Source of the DNA: Lobosporangium transversale
Lineage: Eukaryota
Length of the DNA: 64,000 nucleotides
Direction: 5' to 3'
Assembly: GCF_002105155.1 (NCBI RefSeq)
Contig: NW_019029001.1
Coordinates: forward strand, 186,001-250,000
The notes under the pieces were generated by a model. The model made no database searches, was not told where the DNA came from, and was given only the letters and a program-made list of their open reading frames with translations. Both the position numbers and the translations under genes were made by a program. Numbering within the stretch: the stretch's first letter is position 1; every line of letters begins with the position of its first letter. Below are positions 28,101-42,408 of this stretch, in pieces.

Positions 28101-28903
28101 AGCGATACCACATGGAATCGTATGTAAAAATCATTTTCCTCGAGCATATCCAACAGGATGGCCACATCACTAGCATCCTACATCCATGATAATGAAACAT
28201 CAGAATAAAGTCATATTCAGCACACAGTAATCTAGTTGAGGTACTTTTACTCTCCAACATATAAATATTCCTTGCCACTATTCTTGACTCCTGTTAAGTA
28301 GCTTGCCTTCATGATTGCATTTGACATCTCCAGCGCAAACTCGATGGTCCCTTCTCGATCCTATGCGGTAATATGATGCATGAGAGAAACAACAAGCTGA
28401 TTATCAGTAAACATCGCCATCTACTAGCTCCTCGATTCAGTTTCTTTTTATAGTAATCATACCGTATCCGGTTGACAGAGTACTGTTAATGTCTCTAGGA
28501 CAGCTTTACAGATATCAATGTCCATGGAATCTCGTCGTAACATGTTGCAGAGTACTAAAACTCCTCGTGTTCCAACATCCTAGTTGAGGATTACGACAAC
28601 TCGCTATTTGTCAACGACTATATCATATACAAACATATTCATCGTAGCCTCTTTTGTACCCCTTTTTTTTGTCATCATGTTCATCTTTATTATTTCATCG
28701 TCTCCAGAAGAATAGTGATCAGCCATCCATACTCTTTTGTGCTCTCTTGAACAGGACTTGAGAGCGAGAACAGCGGCACGTCTGTCCTCGAGAAGGGTGG
28801 CATGCTCTATTCTTTCACAAAGTCTGTCAATGATTTCTGATCCTGTCTGATGTTGCCCTTTTTGTCCACGCAAGGCATTGAGGCCACTGGCAAAAAAATC
28901 CAT
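25101..28903 (-). CDS. USO1: Vesicle tethering factor Uso1/p115
   Basis: RLCERIEHATLLEDRRAAV, LLDDRREIIRNE, LQKIVAFENAFERL, IIVQDCL, VQGLAAFLLGICYEF, and C-terminal HEDLLICLAEQD. Confidence 0.93.
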
Positions 28904-30320
28904 TGTTGTAGTAAAATGTCCTTCAGATGAAGTCAATGATGTTAAGTTTGCCTAAACCTGATTTTGACGTTTCTATTGCCACAAGTTACTAGATGTTGAA
29001 ACAGCAATGAAGAAAAAAAAAAGGGAGGGAAGGAGGGTGAGAGAGAGAAAGCTTATCCTGTCCTTCATCACCAACGTTCAATTTAAATTTTCGAAGCTCT
29101 GTAAGTATACAGTCCCTAGCATTAATTGAAATAGGCGTTCTATCATGCTCTCCAACTCGGCAGCACGCTTAAGACTTTGCAGGTAGTTCTCGGCCAGGAA
29201 CACGTGAATGTCTTCAGCCTTCTAAGTAGGCCCAGTTTTGTCAAACCTTTATTGCGGTGGAAATGACAAAAGGCTCATAATTGCGTGTTCCATACAATGG
29301 ACACGTATCAACAGCCAATACATGTACATGTACATGGTGTGGCCAAGCTATAAGCGACGGACGCGTTGGATGACTTATATATAACTAGTTAAAGCCCTTA
29401 TATATCCAGAGCCATCTCTATATTCTACCTCCTCGTCCTCCGCTTTCTCTTACTATCCACTTTGTCGCCCTATGGTCCCTTTACCCTACTGATTCCGACA
29501 AAACCACCCAAGTTCTTTTTCTTTTTCGCTCAGTACCAAGTTTGCCTTGGGAGGGCTGCCGAGAATGAGGGTGGGAGACTAACGAATCAGGAATACAGGA
29601 ACAACAGTTGAAACATAACTTTGATCTACTAGGGACTGAGGAGATTAAGCTTGATAGGTTAGAGAAGTGTCCTCCGGCTACGACAACAACCAATACAACT
29701 ATGGGTACAATGACTATTGTGGATGTTCGCTAGCCAGAGAGGTGTGCTAAAATCAGCTTGGTCACTTAAAAGCACGACCAGGATGATGAACAAACATGCC
29801 ACACTAATGCGCCATTTAGTACGGCGGGTAAGTTGATGATATTGGGATCCCTTTTATTTGTTAGTTAGAAACTATATCCTAACAATGACAACGGTTCGAA
29901 TATAGTCTATGAATTATCAACCAGTGTGTGTTGCGCCCACGTCCTCTGCAGCAGCTTTCTCGAAGCTGCCTTTCTACGCTCAAAATACTAGCTGCAGCTG
30001 CCAGATCTAATTCAATTGCTATACCATCAGAGCGAAAAGCATTGCTCGTGCCTGCTTGGTCCAAGTTCTCGTTTAAAAGAGATTTGCAAGCAACCAGCGT
30101 CAACATCAATAGTAATTGGAAGGCCATAGTCCAACTATAAGTAAAACCAATTACTGTTTTTTGTCCTTTTGGCTATCGAGTTATTTCAGCCCATGAATTA
30201 TTGGCGCTTTGCAGACCAAGGGATAGCAGAATGCAGAGTCAAGGTTCGATTTGGTTGGTTTTTTATCTTTTTTTTTTTTTTTTTTTTTTGCAAATCATAT
30301 GTTGTGCTATAGCCACGAGC

Positions 30321-33300
30321 TCATAGGTGTTTTTTGCTTGAGGATGGGTGTCCAGCGCCAAAGATTATTAAGATGAGGAGGAGGATCATGATCGAAATAT
30401 CCTGCATCCATCCCATAACTGCACTCCATAACACGCCTTGCTTCTCCCTCCATGGGAATACCAGGTGAAGGATGCGTGGCGACCAGTCCATCACATTTAA
30501 TTGCCCGTCGTTGTCTGCAAGGACCCATGCGATATTCACAACACGCATAGCCAAAAGTAGCAATAAAAGGTACTATTGCTCAACAATTAATATGAAAATA
30601 CAGAATTAGATATTCTTGTGATGCTCTACGTCCCAATGGACTTGACAGGGATCAGAACACAGCCTTACCGAGCATATATGGTCCACTTTTCTCGGTTCAT
30701 ATGGGTCATTAGGCTCTGGAGGTGATTTCTTTTCTACAGCTACAGTCTTTTTTCTCATTTGACGAAGCACTGCACGGTATTCGTCTAGTGCCCAAAATGC
30801 CGTTGCATGTATCACGACTCCTATAAACATAGCCTGACTAGCCCAGCTCAAGGCATCGGACAATTCAAACACAAACTAATATCACAGAGATAACATGACA
30901 ATAATACTGGGTGAGGATCGTGACATTGTGAATCGATATCAGATTACGATAAATGTAAAGCAATGACCTTACCTTCCAGGCAAAACAGGTTCGACAGAGT
31001 AACAAAAGGATGAGCCATCGTCGCGCTAAACGTTTCTTGAGCATTAAATTCCTGCCACCAATGCTCCGAGGCCCTTGCTGAGGAGGTAAATAGTCATCTA
31101 CAATCTTGACAATACCGAAGAAGTTGTCCTCCAAACCAGTTTCAGGCTCAGGTGGAAAATATCTTTGCGCTGCAAAAAGATCTCTACCATCGGATGTCCA
31201 ACAATTTCTTGGAGATTCTAGAGATCCACCAGAGGACGAAGGTGTCTTAACTTTTTCATCTCTCCCAAATGGCCCGTGATTAGAGCTGAAGGCCAAGGAG
31301 TCATCTTCATCATTCATGTCAGCGTCCGTATAATCAGAGAATCCAGACCTAGCTAAAGGTCGTCTTAGTTGGGCTAACGAATGATTCAATTCAGACCTCT
31401 CTGTTTCTGATGTAAACTCCCGATGAGACCAAGATTTCGTCTCATTTTGCTCTTGCGACCTTGCCGACCGGTGCGCAAAGTGGTTTTCGGGAGGCTGGAA
31501 CTTTGCGGAGGGAAAACCCAACATTTCGCCTAAAGATATGTTATTAAGCCCCATGTTGGCTATGATAGAAGGATTGGCTAGTGGCGAGGGTTCGTAGGCT
31601 CGTGTGTGAAATTTGACATTACTATTGCCAGCAGTAAAGCTGTTATTAAACATTTCTGCACTCCCGGGTCGTGAACCCGGCTGGAATGACGCGCTTTCCT
31701 GCTCCGAGTGACGATTTGGGTCCCGATACATGCCAAATGCTGCTGACAGATGGTTCGCAGAAGTTAGGGTAGGCTTATTAGATGACCAACTCATCTGATC
31801 AATGTCAGGTGAATCAGTGCGGGATCTTGGGCCATCATGTAAGAGCTCCGAAGAGTTTATTGCTAGACGAGTTGACGTGGACACAGCATTGGATTCACGC
31901 TTCTTGGTCTATTAATAGATAAAACACGATGCTTGGTCAAATATGTATAATTCTGATGCTACTATATCAAATAGAAAATGCCAAACAAGCACTACCTTGT
32001 GCTGGTTTTCCAATAAGGCATTGTTGCGAGAGAGGACTTTCGACGACGGTGGGGATATAGCCTGTCTCTCAAGCTTGAATTCCAATGGTTCCTGTAAATA
32101 TCGTCCAGTATGAAATGCCAAGAGATATATAATATGTAACATGAGAATTGCACTACAGAGCTGAGTTAAATTCTGCTTCCATTGACCGATAAACAAAACT
32201 AAATATTGCAAAACCAGAAGAGGAACCGCGCCGATTCGTGCCCAAATATGGTATTGACGTTCTCGGATCCGAATCCGTGGCATCCTTTGTATTGTGAAAT
32301 GCATTGGATCCCAATATAATCCTGCAATCGACAGTCCCATCAAGCCCAAAATGACGATAGCTGATAGCTCATCATCGGAAAGAGTGCGAAGCAGCTGTCC
32401 ATCAGATGTTGACCATGGCCAAAAGGCAGAAGAATAAAGCTTAGAAAGTGCCCCTATCATGTTTTGTAGCGTCAGACAGCCTATACTTTGGGTGAGAAAC
32501 TTTGGTAGCTGAAATATCTTCGAATCAAAGAGTGCATCGATGCCCAAGAAGCCTACTAAAAAAAAGATAGATAAGTATTATGGGAATGTGTTAGAGGCAT
32601 ACATGTGTCGATATAAATGGGTAGGGCCAGTTCCAATACTAGGCACACAGTGATAAAGGTTCATACCAATGATTTCAGTGCTCAGCAATGCTGTATGCGC
32701 GCACAAGTAACTACATCCTGTAAAGAGCCAGCCTATACTTGGATATTTCCGTGCAGGTCTAATATTATCGCCTCTACTCTTACTCAGTGTTGCATTCAGA
32801 AGGCTAGATTTGATCTGATGACCCTGTTGCGCTAACTCTTTCTGGACCTTATCCAGACATCTTACACAAGCCAATGGATACCGCTCCTCAAGCTGCCGTC
32901 TGTATGTCTCTGCACTGTCGTAGTAAGCTTCATAGTTCTCATCCTTCAAACGTGTTATATGAACAGGTCATGTTAAATTCGTACTACGTTTTTTAAACAA
33001 AGTTCTCAGATAGAATGACAAAACGACGAACACACAACCATACCTACCTCCTCGTCTGGTATATAATTGCTTAGTAATTGATAGACAACTCGTTGATGAC
33101 CGCTGCACATTTCACAGAAAATGTCATTTCGCGAGGTCTGTCGAATATCATTATCTCCTGCGATTCTCCTGTTTTTTAGGCTGTAAGCTGCATGGGATAC
33201 GCAGGATGCATCAAACAATTTTTTTTTTAAAAAAAAGTATTTAAATACTAAATCAAAAGCAAGGAAAGCGAATATTTCGTTTCTAGTCAAGCAGAGGCAC

Positions 33301-33689
33301 TTACAAATACGTTTCGTAACATCTTCATTCAATGATTCATCAAACATTTCCGGGACCGGCACAATATTTCCATCCTAGAACAAGTTTATGAGTTTCCATT
33401 TCAGCAAATGAGGCAGTCAATTATTACTCTATATGTCTTTCCCAAATAAGTCTTTTTAAATCGCTATGCTAGTTACTTTATCCCGACATTGATGTGTCTT
33501 GCAGTGAGGGCATGTCCAATCAGAAGGCGATTCATTCTTCTGATTTCGATGAAGCCATGAAGGGCGAAGGCACGACCAACACTCGACACGAATTGGGCGA
33601 TGAAGAATGGCTTCGATCCATGATGGCGGGCGTTGGATAGGGCGCATCTGGTGTGTTCGACCCTTTGGTAAGGTTGATACGGGTTGCAT
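30321..33689 (-). CDS. IMA1: Inner nuclear membrane protein Ima1/TMEM201 family
   Basis: VECWSC...WTCPHC, FCEMC...QLLSNYIPDE, YRRQLEERYPLACVRC (Ima1_N zinc fingers), TM segments and the PEPETGLE motif. Confidence 0.82.
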
Positions 33690-33913
33690 ATTTAGGATTG
33701 AATCAGTCGTTTTTGTTGCTGTGCCTCACCCATCCTAACACGCACAAAAAAAAAAAAGTCCCAGAAGCAGTCCCAACGCACGCGTCCATTTTTGGCACCA
33801 ATTAAAAAGAGAACACTCATCATCCTTTTTTGCTCTCACACTACTTTCTTTTACTTTCCTTGCCAATTTTCAACGACCCCAACATCCTTCTAGCCGTCTA
33901 ATATAACTTCAAG

Positions 33914-35873
33914 ATGTCTGTCTTTCTTCGTAGTCCTATTCGGGCATCCATCTCTTCTCTCTTTAGAGCTTACCCTCATAAGATTATACCTATTGGAATG
34001 CGAGCTTTCACAAGCAAAAGCAGTGCTGAAGACTCTGATTCTGGACGTACGCACTCCACTACCCAAAGAACTAACCCTGCTACTGACAACACTAACGCCA
34101 GTGCCGGGGACAGCGATAGCAGCAAAGACGGCTCCTCGTCAGCTAAACCTCTTGGGAAAGTCAGCGGCATTGTTAACAGCATTCTTCATGGTTCCGGCTC
34201 ACTGCCCAAGGTTCAAAGTCAAGAATCATGGGGACTTTCCCTGGCCCGAGGAAAATATGTTCATGAACTTCAGAGTATGTGCAGTCGGCCTATTTGCTAC
34301 TTTTTCTTCATTTGCATCGTTGACACACGGCAGTGCACAAGCATTGGTATTGATAGGGAATTCTTTTGGATTTGTCACTAGAGCACCGCATCCGACCTGA
34401 ACGATTTGATGATTACGTAGAATTAGTGTAAGTAGCATGGACTTTTTTTTTCTTTTTTCTTTTCTTCATCAGCAGCTTTGTGTTCTTCTATTGATCATTT
34501 CTTTTCACGCGTTACATGCATTGTGCTTAATGGGGTCACCTACTGCAGGTCTGAGGCTTTCCCAAGAATGGTTAAAGAGTCCAACAATAGACTCCGCCTG
34601 ACTGGAAGTTGGCTGACGGAGATTGGTCAATTAGATACTGCAGGCAAGTATTTTAACTGACATTGGATTGAATGCATAATAGGGCAAAAAACAATAGTCG
34701 TGAACGAATTATATAAAGCATGAGCCGCTACTTTTCAGGACTGTAAAGTATCTAGAACTCATTTTCGCCGAATATATGTATCAGTCATGCGGATTTGCAT
34801 TCTGGATCCTTGAAAATCAATGTTGTCATCGATTGTTCCGAGATATGGATAATAGTTATCATGTGGTCATTAAAGCAGAGGTGTTGGATGTGGAGCAAGA
34901 CTGAGAGCACTAAACTTTAATGCGCATAAAAAGCGATGACACTACTCTCTTTCAGACGACTCTGAGAGTCACAAAAATACTAAATAGAATTCCATTTAAT
35001 ACTATATGTTCTCTATTGTAGTTCACATCTGGGAATTTGATGGCTATGCAGGTCATGTACAGGAGATGGACCGATTGAGGAAGGACCTAGTAAGATATTA
35101 GAGGCTTTGGTTGTGCACTTTGTTTTACTCTAAACTCTTTGATCTTTATCTTATACTCTTTGAAATAATAGGCTTATCAAAAGTTTTTGAAGGATTTGCG
35201 GCCTTTACTTATCAGTCGAGATAACCAGATCTGCCTCGAGTTTGCATTCTGGAAATCCCGACCACCAGTTGCTCTGGGAGGCATCTATGAGATGAGAACC
35301 TATCTTTTGAAGGCAAATTGAAAATTTCATGAGCAGTAATATAATGACGTTTAGTTAAGGCTGCATTTCCCCATCTAATCGAACTGTTTTAACTAAACGT
35401 GCTACTACTAGCCTGGAAATCTACTTGAGTGGGAGACTAACTGGCGCAGAGGTTTAGAGTGCCGTCGCCAATTCTGTGAGCCAGTCGGAGCATGGTTCTC
35501 ACAGCTTGGGGAGTTAAACTATGTTCATCACATGTGGAACTATCCGTAAGTGGCCTGAGGTGTGTAAACATGCTCAAAAAAGGCCTATAAATCTCACCGC
35601 AACCCTTTGCCTCTGCTATTTTCATTAATCGTGTACCTAGGGATCTCGAGACGCGTAAGAAGACACGCGAACAGGCCTGGAAAGTGGACGGATGGGCAGA
35701 GACTGTGTATAATACAGGTATGTGTGTAAAAAAACTAGAATCAAAAACCAAAATACTTTCACCATGTTTTAAGAAACATGCTCACGAAATTCTCGTCTCC
35801 AAATTTAGTGAGACTGATTGAACGGATGGAAGCCAACATATTGCTTCCTATGGGTTTTTCGTCATTGAAATAA
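33914..35873 (+). CDS. NIPSNAP-family mitochondrial protein
   Basis: Arg/Ser-rich presequence, then LTGSWLTEIGQLDTAVHIWEF, GGIYEMRTYLLKPGNLLEW, GAWFSQLGELNYVHHMWNY and GWAETVYNTV. Confidence 0.92.
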
Positions 35874-36095
35874 AAGCTGTAGAGTAGACACTTTGAGTAG
35901 CCGGTGATAGCCATACATGATTAAAAGGTTTTTTTTAAACAACTCGTGATTATTCTACAAATGAGTGTCGCATGTTCACGACGATTCTATGTGGGCAAAT
36001 GAATTGTACAAGGAGTATAGATTGGGATGCGTTGTACCAAATAGCTCCATCTGGCAAGAATAAAGGCGTGCTTTGAAACCTAGAAACGCGCAAGC

Positions 36096-37858
36096 TCACT
36101 TCCTGTCGTTCAACATCAGAACGGGTGAACTTGTAGGGGTGTGAAGGGGTGTAAGCTCAGACATGGAGGGCCCAAGGTACCGCTGCTGGAGTTCATATAC
36201 AAACAAGGCGATGGCGAACATAGGCTAACCAACAGGAGTTTGATTTAGTAGACGTACTAGCGCTTTTTTTTGTTCCATTTTGTGTTCAACGCTCACTTAC
36301 AGCGACGATGAGAGACCTAGGGACAACACCTTTGAAAAGTGCAGCGAATCCTTCGTTTCGCACAATTTGTTGGAAGCAGTCAGCAATGCCTCTATAAACA
36401 GGCTCGCCAGGTTTTCTCGTCACCTGAAGCCTCGTTTTGATTACTATATTCAGTGAACAATTTTGTATAAAAGGCATTAGAATCAATGGTTGCGCCTATC
36501 TTCGAAACATTTTTCAGGATCTTACCATCAGCGGGTGTAACTGTGGAGGCGCCAACAACACCGGCGACAAGACCAGCACCCAAGACCACGGAAAATGGGG
36601 TCTTGCCGTCTTCATCTGCACCCTGTAGTTTGATGTATGAGTTCAAAGGAAAAAAAATGATTGAGAATGGCACGTCCCTAATTCGTTTACGGTAATTTGG
36701 GGAAAGGAGAAATTGTGGCAAATAGACATTAATAAACCGTTTTTCTTTTCTCTCCTTCCCTAAATGAAGTAGTCAATGCTCTCTCACCTCAACAATGTGG
36801 CAGGAGTGCCTCTGTAGAGACCACGCAAACCCAAAGAGCGTACAATGCTCATAGCAGTGGGTCGTTGTTCATTAGGAGTCAGTTTTTGGGATCCGGCCAA
36901 TTGCATCTGAATCTTGACTATTTCCATGGGGTTGGTGGCTATGACCTGGCAGAAACCTGCAGTTGCACCGGCGAGCATACCATATTTTATTGGTAGCTTG
37001 TCTTCAGGCACAGAAAGACGCTCGGCCCAATATTCACGCGAAAAGTCATTAACAGCTAACTTGATGGCTTTTTCAGGGGTGATCCCGATCAGATTAGGAA
37101 CAATACCACGATACAGACCTCGAACACCTTCCTTAGCGACGACTTGACGGAAGCAGTCGAGTCTAAGTAAATTACAGCACCGAGATCAACAAAGCACTCA
37201 TGAACACTTTGTTTTGCTATGAATTCTACTCCTTAGATAGACTGGCCTCTGATCCAAAGAGCCATTTGGCGACAAAAATACTATTTAATCACTCGGCCAT
37301 AGCTCAGCCTTGCATACATTAATGGGTATATGGCGTTTCTTTTTCCCACATTATCGCATCATCTCAAAGTTGCTGTGTTATGAGATCTAAAAAATGCTTG
37401 ATTCACATTTATAAGGTCCAGACTGTGTGTTGCACACTTACCCTCCACGATACTGCAGCTTGCCCAAAGAATCTTTTTTTTGGTTTTGTAGTCTAATAGC
37501 AAAAAAAAAAAAAAAAAAAAAAGTATAGACTGTCTTAATTGCTACAGCGCTAAAATGAGGGAAATTTCTCATTTCACTCCATTGTCGACAAGATTTGTCG
37601 TCTCCTGTCAAAATAAAAACTAACCTAGTCTTGACCATGTCAAGCGGGTAGACGATCAGAACACCAGCAATACCAGCCACTGCACCGGCGCCAAGCTTCG
37701 AAATAAATCTGTGAAAAGGAATGGAGTCAAAGAAATATTTTTAGTATTTTCTGTCTAATTATCAGAATCTGCTGTTGTTTCATAACTTACTTGCTGCCTG
37801 TTGCTGTTGAATGGTCTTGATTGGCACCAAATGCGTATTGATCGTGATGCGATGCCAT
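36096..37858 (-). CDS. Mitochondrial carrier, glutamate (SLC25A22/Agc1-like) type
   Basis: Three carrier signatures (PLDMVKTRLQ, PMEIVKIQMQ, PADVIKTRLQ), plus PEKAIKLAVND and RDVPFSIIFFP typical of glutamate/aspartate carriers. Confidence 0.88.
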
Positions 37859-39028
37859 GGGATGTGAACAAACTAGAGGTAAGGGAGTGGAGATGATGAA
37901 GCAAAGATGGAAAGAGATGCACAGACTATGGGCTACACAGGTCGTAATGAAGACTTCTTTAACAGGGAAAAAAAAAAAAAAAAAAAAAGCAAAGTACATG
38001 TATATTTTGCGTTCCCGTGCCCAACTGGAGTTTTTTTTTTTTTTTTTTTTTTTTTTTCCGAGAACAATGGACTGTGGAATGCAAGCTACGACAAAATTAA
38101 TGTTGCAGGAACGGCATTTTGCTATTTGTTTGTTTGTTGGAATAGATTGGGGGACTGTCCGCAACAACACCGTCATCCAACCCCCATCCTCTAGTTTCGC
38201 ATCTACGCGTGAACCCAGTACTTTAACTACTCATACGGTACTATTAGCTTTCTTGAGGATAGCCTTATTTTTGGCTCTTGTAAGCGCCCGTGCTTGCTGC
38301 ATGAAGAGGAAGGACAGACGCAGATCCATCCTCAGCAATCCTTCATCAAACCCTATTAACCCACATTAGAAATGGATATCATCTTTTCATACCATCTACC
38401 ACGTTACCGCACGAACCCATCAACTATATCCTTGTCATACAACTGCAACTAGGATCCTTCCTGTGCAAAGAAATTGATATTAAGAATAGTTTCCTTATTA
38501 TCACCTGTCAACTCTGAGACTTCAATGCAGACTATTCAAAGACAGGACCCACGATGATCTCTCTACGCAGTTTCCTCATCACGACCGTTTGCCAACCTGT
38601 GGTATTGTACTGGAGCTCAAATGCAAGCTTAAGTGACAGCCACTCTTTGTCTCTTAAGGACATTTTTGCCTCTTCGGATGCATCCATGTTACTTCATCTA
38701 TTATATACCTAAGGTAGGCCACTTATCTCTGGCCCAACTTCTTCTGTCACCCACCTCGACTTCGGAGTCCAGGATCTAGTCCAAAATTAGGTAGAAAATC
38801 TAGTAAAACAACGCACTTCTGATCAGCGTGGTTTATTTCTTCGATCTCTGACATATTTATTTGAAGCATCAATGCAAATAGATGCCATAGATGGCCATTA
38901 GCAAGTCTCTCATTGCAACGCTAATAAATGCAATGAATGTGTGGCTTTATGGCCCCCAAGCGGGGTTTTATTTTTTCTTCCCACGGGCAACAACAGGTCT
39001 TCTATTCTCCCACACTTCTTTTTCCTCT

Positions 39029-39167
39029 CCTCTTTCCTCTTTCCTCTTTCCTCTTTCCTCTTTCCTCTTTCCTCTTTCCTCTTTCCTCTTTCTCTTTTTC
39101 TCCTTTCTCCTTTCTCCTTCCACCATTTCCCATTCTCCATTCTCCATTCTCCATTCTCCATTCTCCA
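39029..39167. repeat. Two adjacent heptamer tandem arrays: (CCTCTTT)x9 and (CCATTCT)x5
   Basis: Read directly at 39029-39091 and 39130-39164, about 300 bp upstream of the MUT ATG. Confidence 0.9.
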
Positions 39168-39467
39168 CCTTCCTTAACCCTTTACTCCTCCTCACTGCAC
39201 TCCACTTTCTTCTACTCTTTCTGAGTGTCATTTTACGCTTGTCTTTCCTTGCAGATCTAAAAAAAAAAAAAAAAAAAATCTGCATCGCGTGCATTTTACA
39301 CGCCAACGACAAAATACATAGTAGCATTGCATTGCCAGTGAGCCATACAATAGTGCCTCTTTGGTCTTCTCTCTCGTCCTTCGCTTGACTCCTGTTGCTC
39401 TCCTTATACTGATTCTCCGTGCCGGCACTCTAGTCCAAAAAGCTCATTGTTACCATACTCATTTGCA

Positions 39468-40177
39468 ATGCTCTCGCTCAAACACATTCACAGACCAGCC
39501 ATACGATGGACTTCGCGTTTGCAATTGAAAAAGGTATACTAGCTCTTTTAATACAATAGTGCCTGAACATTTGTTTCATAAAATTTGACTCGATTATTTC
39601 TAATATCCTTTTTTAACTGTATGATAATAGACTTACACAACCGATCGATCTCGTCAACCTCTGCATGAAGAATGGGCCAAACTTGCTACAAAAGAGCTCA
39701 AGGGCAAAAATCCTGAGGAGCACTTGACATGGAGAACTGCTGAAGGACTCAACATCAAGCCCGTCTACACGCAAGCAGATACGAAAGGCATTCCTGATGA
39801 AATTCCTGGTGCTTTTCCGTTCACCCGAGGCCCTTATGCTTCCATGTACACGGCTCGACCATGGACAGTCCGTCAGGTATGAACAAACAAAAAGAAACAA
39901 AAAAGAGTTTTGTGCCATGACATTGGGTCAATATACATGGATCCTAGAGAAGGTCACATGAATCTCCGCATTATTCTACTTTACGAAAACAACCATCAAT
40001 CTGACAAGACGTTGATCGGGATTTTTTTTTTCTCCACCTCTGACACATGACAGTACGCCGGATTCAGTACGGTCGAGGAATCAAATAAGTTTTATCGAAA
40101 AAACTTAGCTGCTGGACAACAAGGTCTCAGTGTAGCTTTTGATCTGGCCACCCACCGAGGGTAAGAACAGAAAATTA

Positions 40178-40208
<31 letters not shown>

Positions 40209-41057
40209 GGTATTTATACATTTTTCTGTAAAACAGTTATGATTCTGATCATCCTAGAGCCGTTGGTGATGTTGGGATGGCAGGTGTGGCAATTGACTCG
40301 GTCGAAGATATGAAGGCAAGTTATATAATCTGAGAAACCTTTTTTGAAACTGAGTTCAAGGAGACTAATCTGGCTTTTTCCTGTAGATTTTGTTTGATGG
40401 TATCCCTCTTAACAAGATGTCGGTCTCTATGACTATGAATGGCGCAGTATTGCCCATTCTGGCCATGTTTATTGTCGCAGGATTGGAACAGGTTAGTAAT
40501 GAGCATTAATAGATAGGCTGGGCTCTGTAGCGGTTTATTTACAAACATTGATGGAAATGTCTTATTATTACGATTTAGGGAGCCAAACTGGCCGAGCTAT
40601 CCGGCACGATCCAAAACGATATTTTGAAAGAATTTATGGTGCGCAACACCTTCATCTACCCTCCTGATCCATCCATGAAGATCATCGGTGACATCTTCTC
40701 GTATACTTCTGAAAATATGCCAAAGTACAACTCGATCTCCATCTCGGGATATCATATGCAGGAGGCAGGTGCTGACAACGTTCTTGAGATGGCTTTTACT
40801 ATTGCGGATGGTTTGGAATATATTCGCACTGGCCTTAAAGCAGGCATGACGGTCGACCAGTTTGCACCCCGTCTCTCCTTCTTCTGGGCCATTGGTATGA
40901 ATTTCTACATGGAGATTGCAAAAATGAGAGCTGCCCGCCGCCTTTGGGCTGTTTTGGTCAAGGAGAAGTTCCAGCCTAAAAGTGAAAAGAGCTTACTGTT
41001 ACGAACTCATTGTCAAACCTCTGGATGGTCTTTGACTGAGCAGGTAGGCAAAGCAGG

Positions 41058-41090
<33 letters not shown>

Positions 41091-42408
41091 CTTATCTTTT
41101 TCGATTTAACTAATATCTATTAGGATCCTTATAACAATGTCATTCGCACGACCGTTGAAGCAATGGCTGCTACCTTAGGAGGCACGCAGTCTCTTCACAC
41201 AAACGCGTTTGACGAAGCCATCGGTCTGCCAACTGAATTCAGTGCCCGCATTGCCCGTAATACGCAGCTGATCTTACAAGAGGAGGCATTCATTCCCAAA
41301 GTAGCTGATCCATGGGGAGGTTCCTACATGATGGAATCAATGACCAATGATATGTATGATGCTGCTAAGAAGATTGTCGAGGAAGTCGAAGCGATGGGAG
41401 GTATGGCCAAGGCTGTAGCAAGTGGAATGCCAAAGCTTAGGATCGAAGAATCCGCTGCTAAGAAGCAGGCTCGCATCGATTCAGGTCAAGGTGAGATGCT
41501 GTTCAATGAAAAATATGTGTGTATAATATTTGTTGCTCGGAGATAATATATTTATATGATACGGATACTTTGTTTTAATCTTTTATTTTTTATTACTATG
41601 ACTTGTTATTTGGGTAAAAGATGTCATTGTCGGTGTCAACAAATATCGCTTGGCCAAAGAGGATCCGATTGATGTTTTAGCCATTGATAACACAGCCGTT
41701 CGTCTGGGCCAGACCAGACGCTTGGAGGAAATACGTAAGAAGAGGAACGTCGAAAAAGCAGAAGCATGCCTAACGGCACTGACCGAATGTGCTAAAACGG
41801 GTAAAGGCAACCTCCTTGCCCTTGCTGTTGAGGCTGCCAAGGAGAGGTGCTCTGTTGGTGAAATCTCATATGCGTTGGAGAAGGTATGGGGGCGCCATTC
41901 ACCTTCTATCCGTGTTGTCTCTGGAGCATACAAGTCTGAGTATGGTGATAGCAATGACGTGAGCGAAACCATTTCCTTGGTAGAAAAGTTTTTGAAAGAA
42001 CAGGGAAGACGCCCACGTTTATTGGTGGCCAAGATGGGTCAAGATGGGCATGATCGTGGAGCCAAAGTGATTGCTTCTGGATTTGCAGACTTGGGTTTTG
42101 ATGTTGATGTAGGACCATTATTCCAAACACCAGCCGAAGTAGCACGCCAAGCTATTGATGCTGATGTGCATGTTGTTGGCGTCTCATCTCAGGCAGCAGG
42201 CCACAAAACACTTGTACCACAATTGATTGCAGAGTTGAAGAAGCAAGGAGCCGGAGACAAGCTTGTGATCTGTGGAGGTGTTATCCCCCAACAGGACTAT
42301 CAGTTCTTGTATGACGCTGGCGTCACTTCTGTGTTTGGTCCTGGCACCCGTATCCCTGTAGCAGCACAAGAGGTAGTGAACAAGATTGACGAAAAGCTGA
42401 AGCTATAA
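39468..42408 (+). CDS. MUT: Adenosylcobalamin-dependent methylmalonyl-CoA mutase, mitochondrial
   Basis: [50 protein letters not shown], the B12-binding motif [15 protein letters not shown], and GGVIP. Spliceosomal introns are present. Confidence 0.97.

Noticed and set aside
29400..30200. Short ORFs between USO1 and IMA1
   Set aside because: No recognisable motifs or consistent splice structure.
29890..30260. GGTTCGA T-loop-like motifs suggesting tRNA genes
   Set aside because: No cloverleaf stems or A box around them. No tRNA, rRNA or CRISPR array was recognised anywhere in the window.
38891..39388. Overlapping ORFs on both strands
   Set aside because: Artefacts of stop-free heptamer repeats.
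38200..39467. Cobalamin riboswitch upstream of MUT
   Set aside because: No B12-box or core consensus recognised, and this riboswitch class is not established in eukaryotes.
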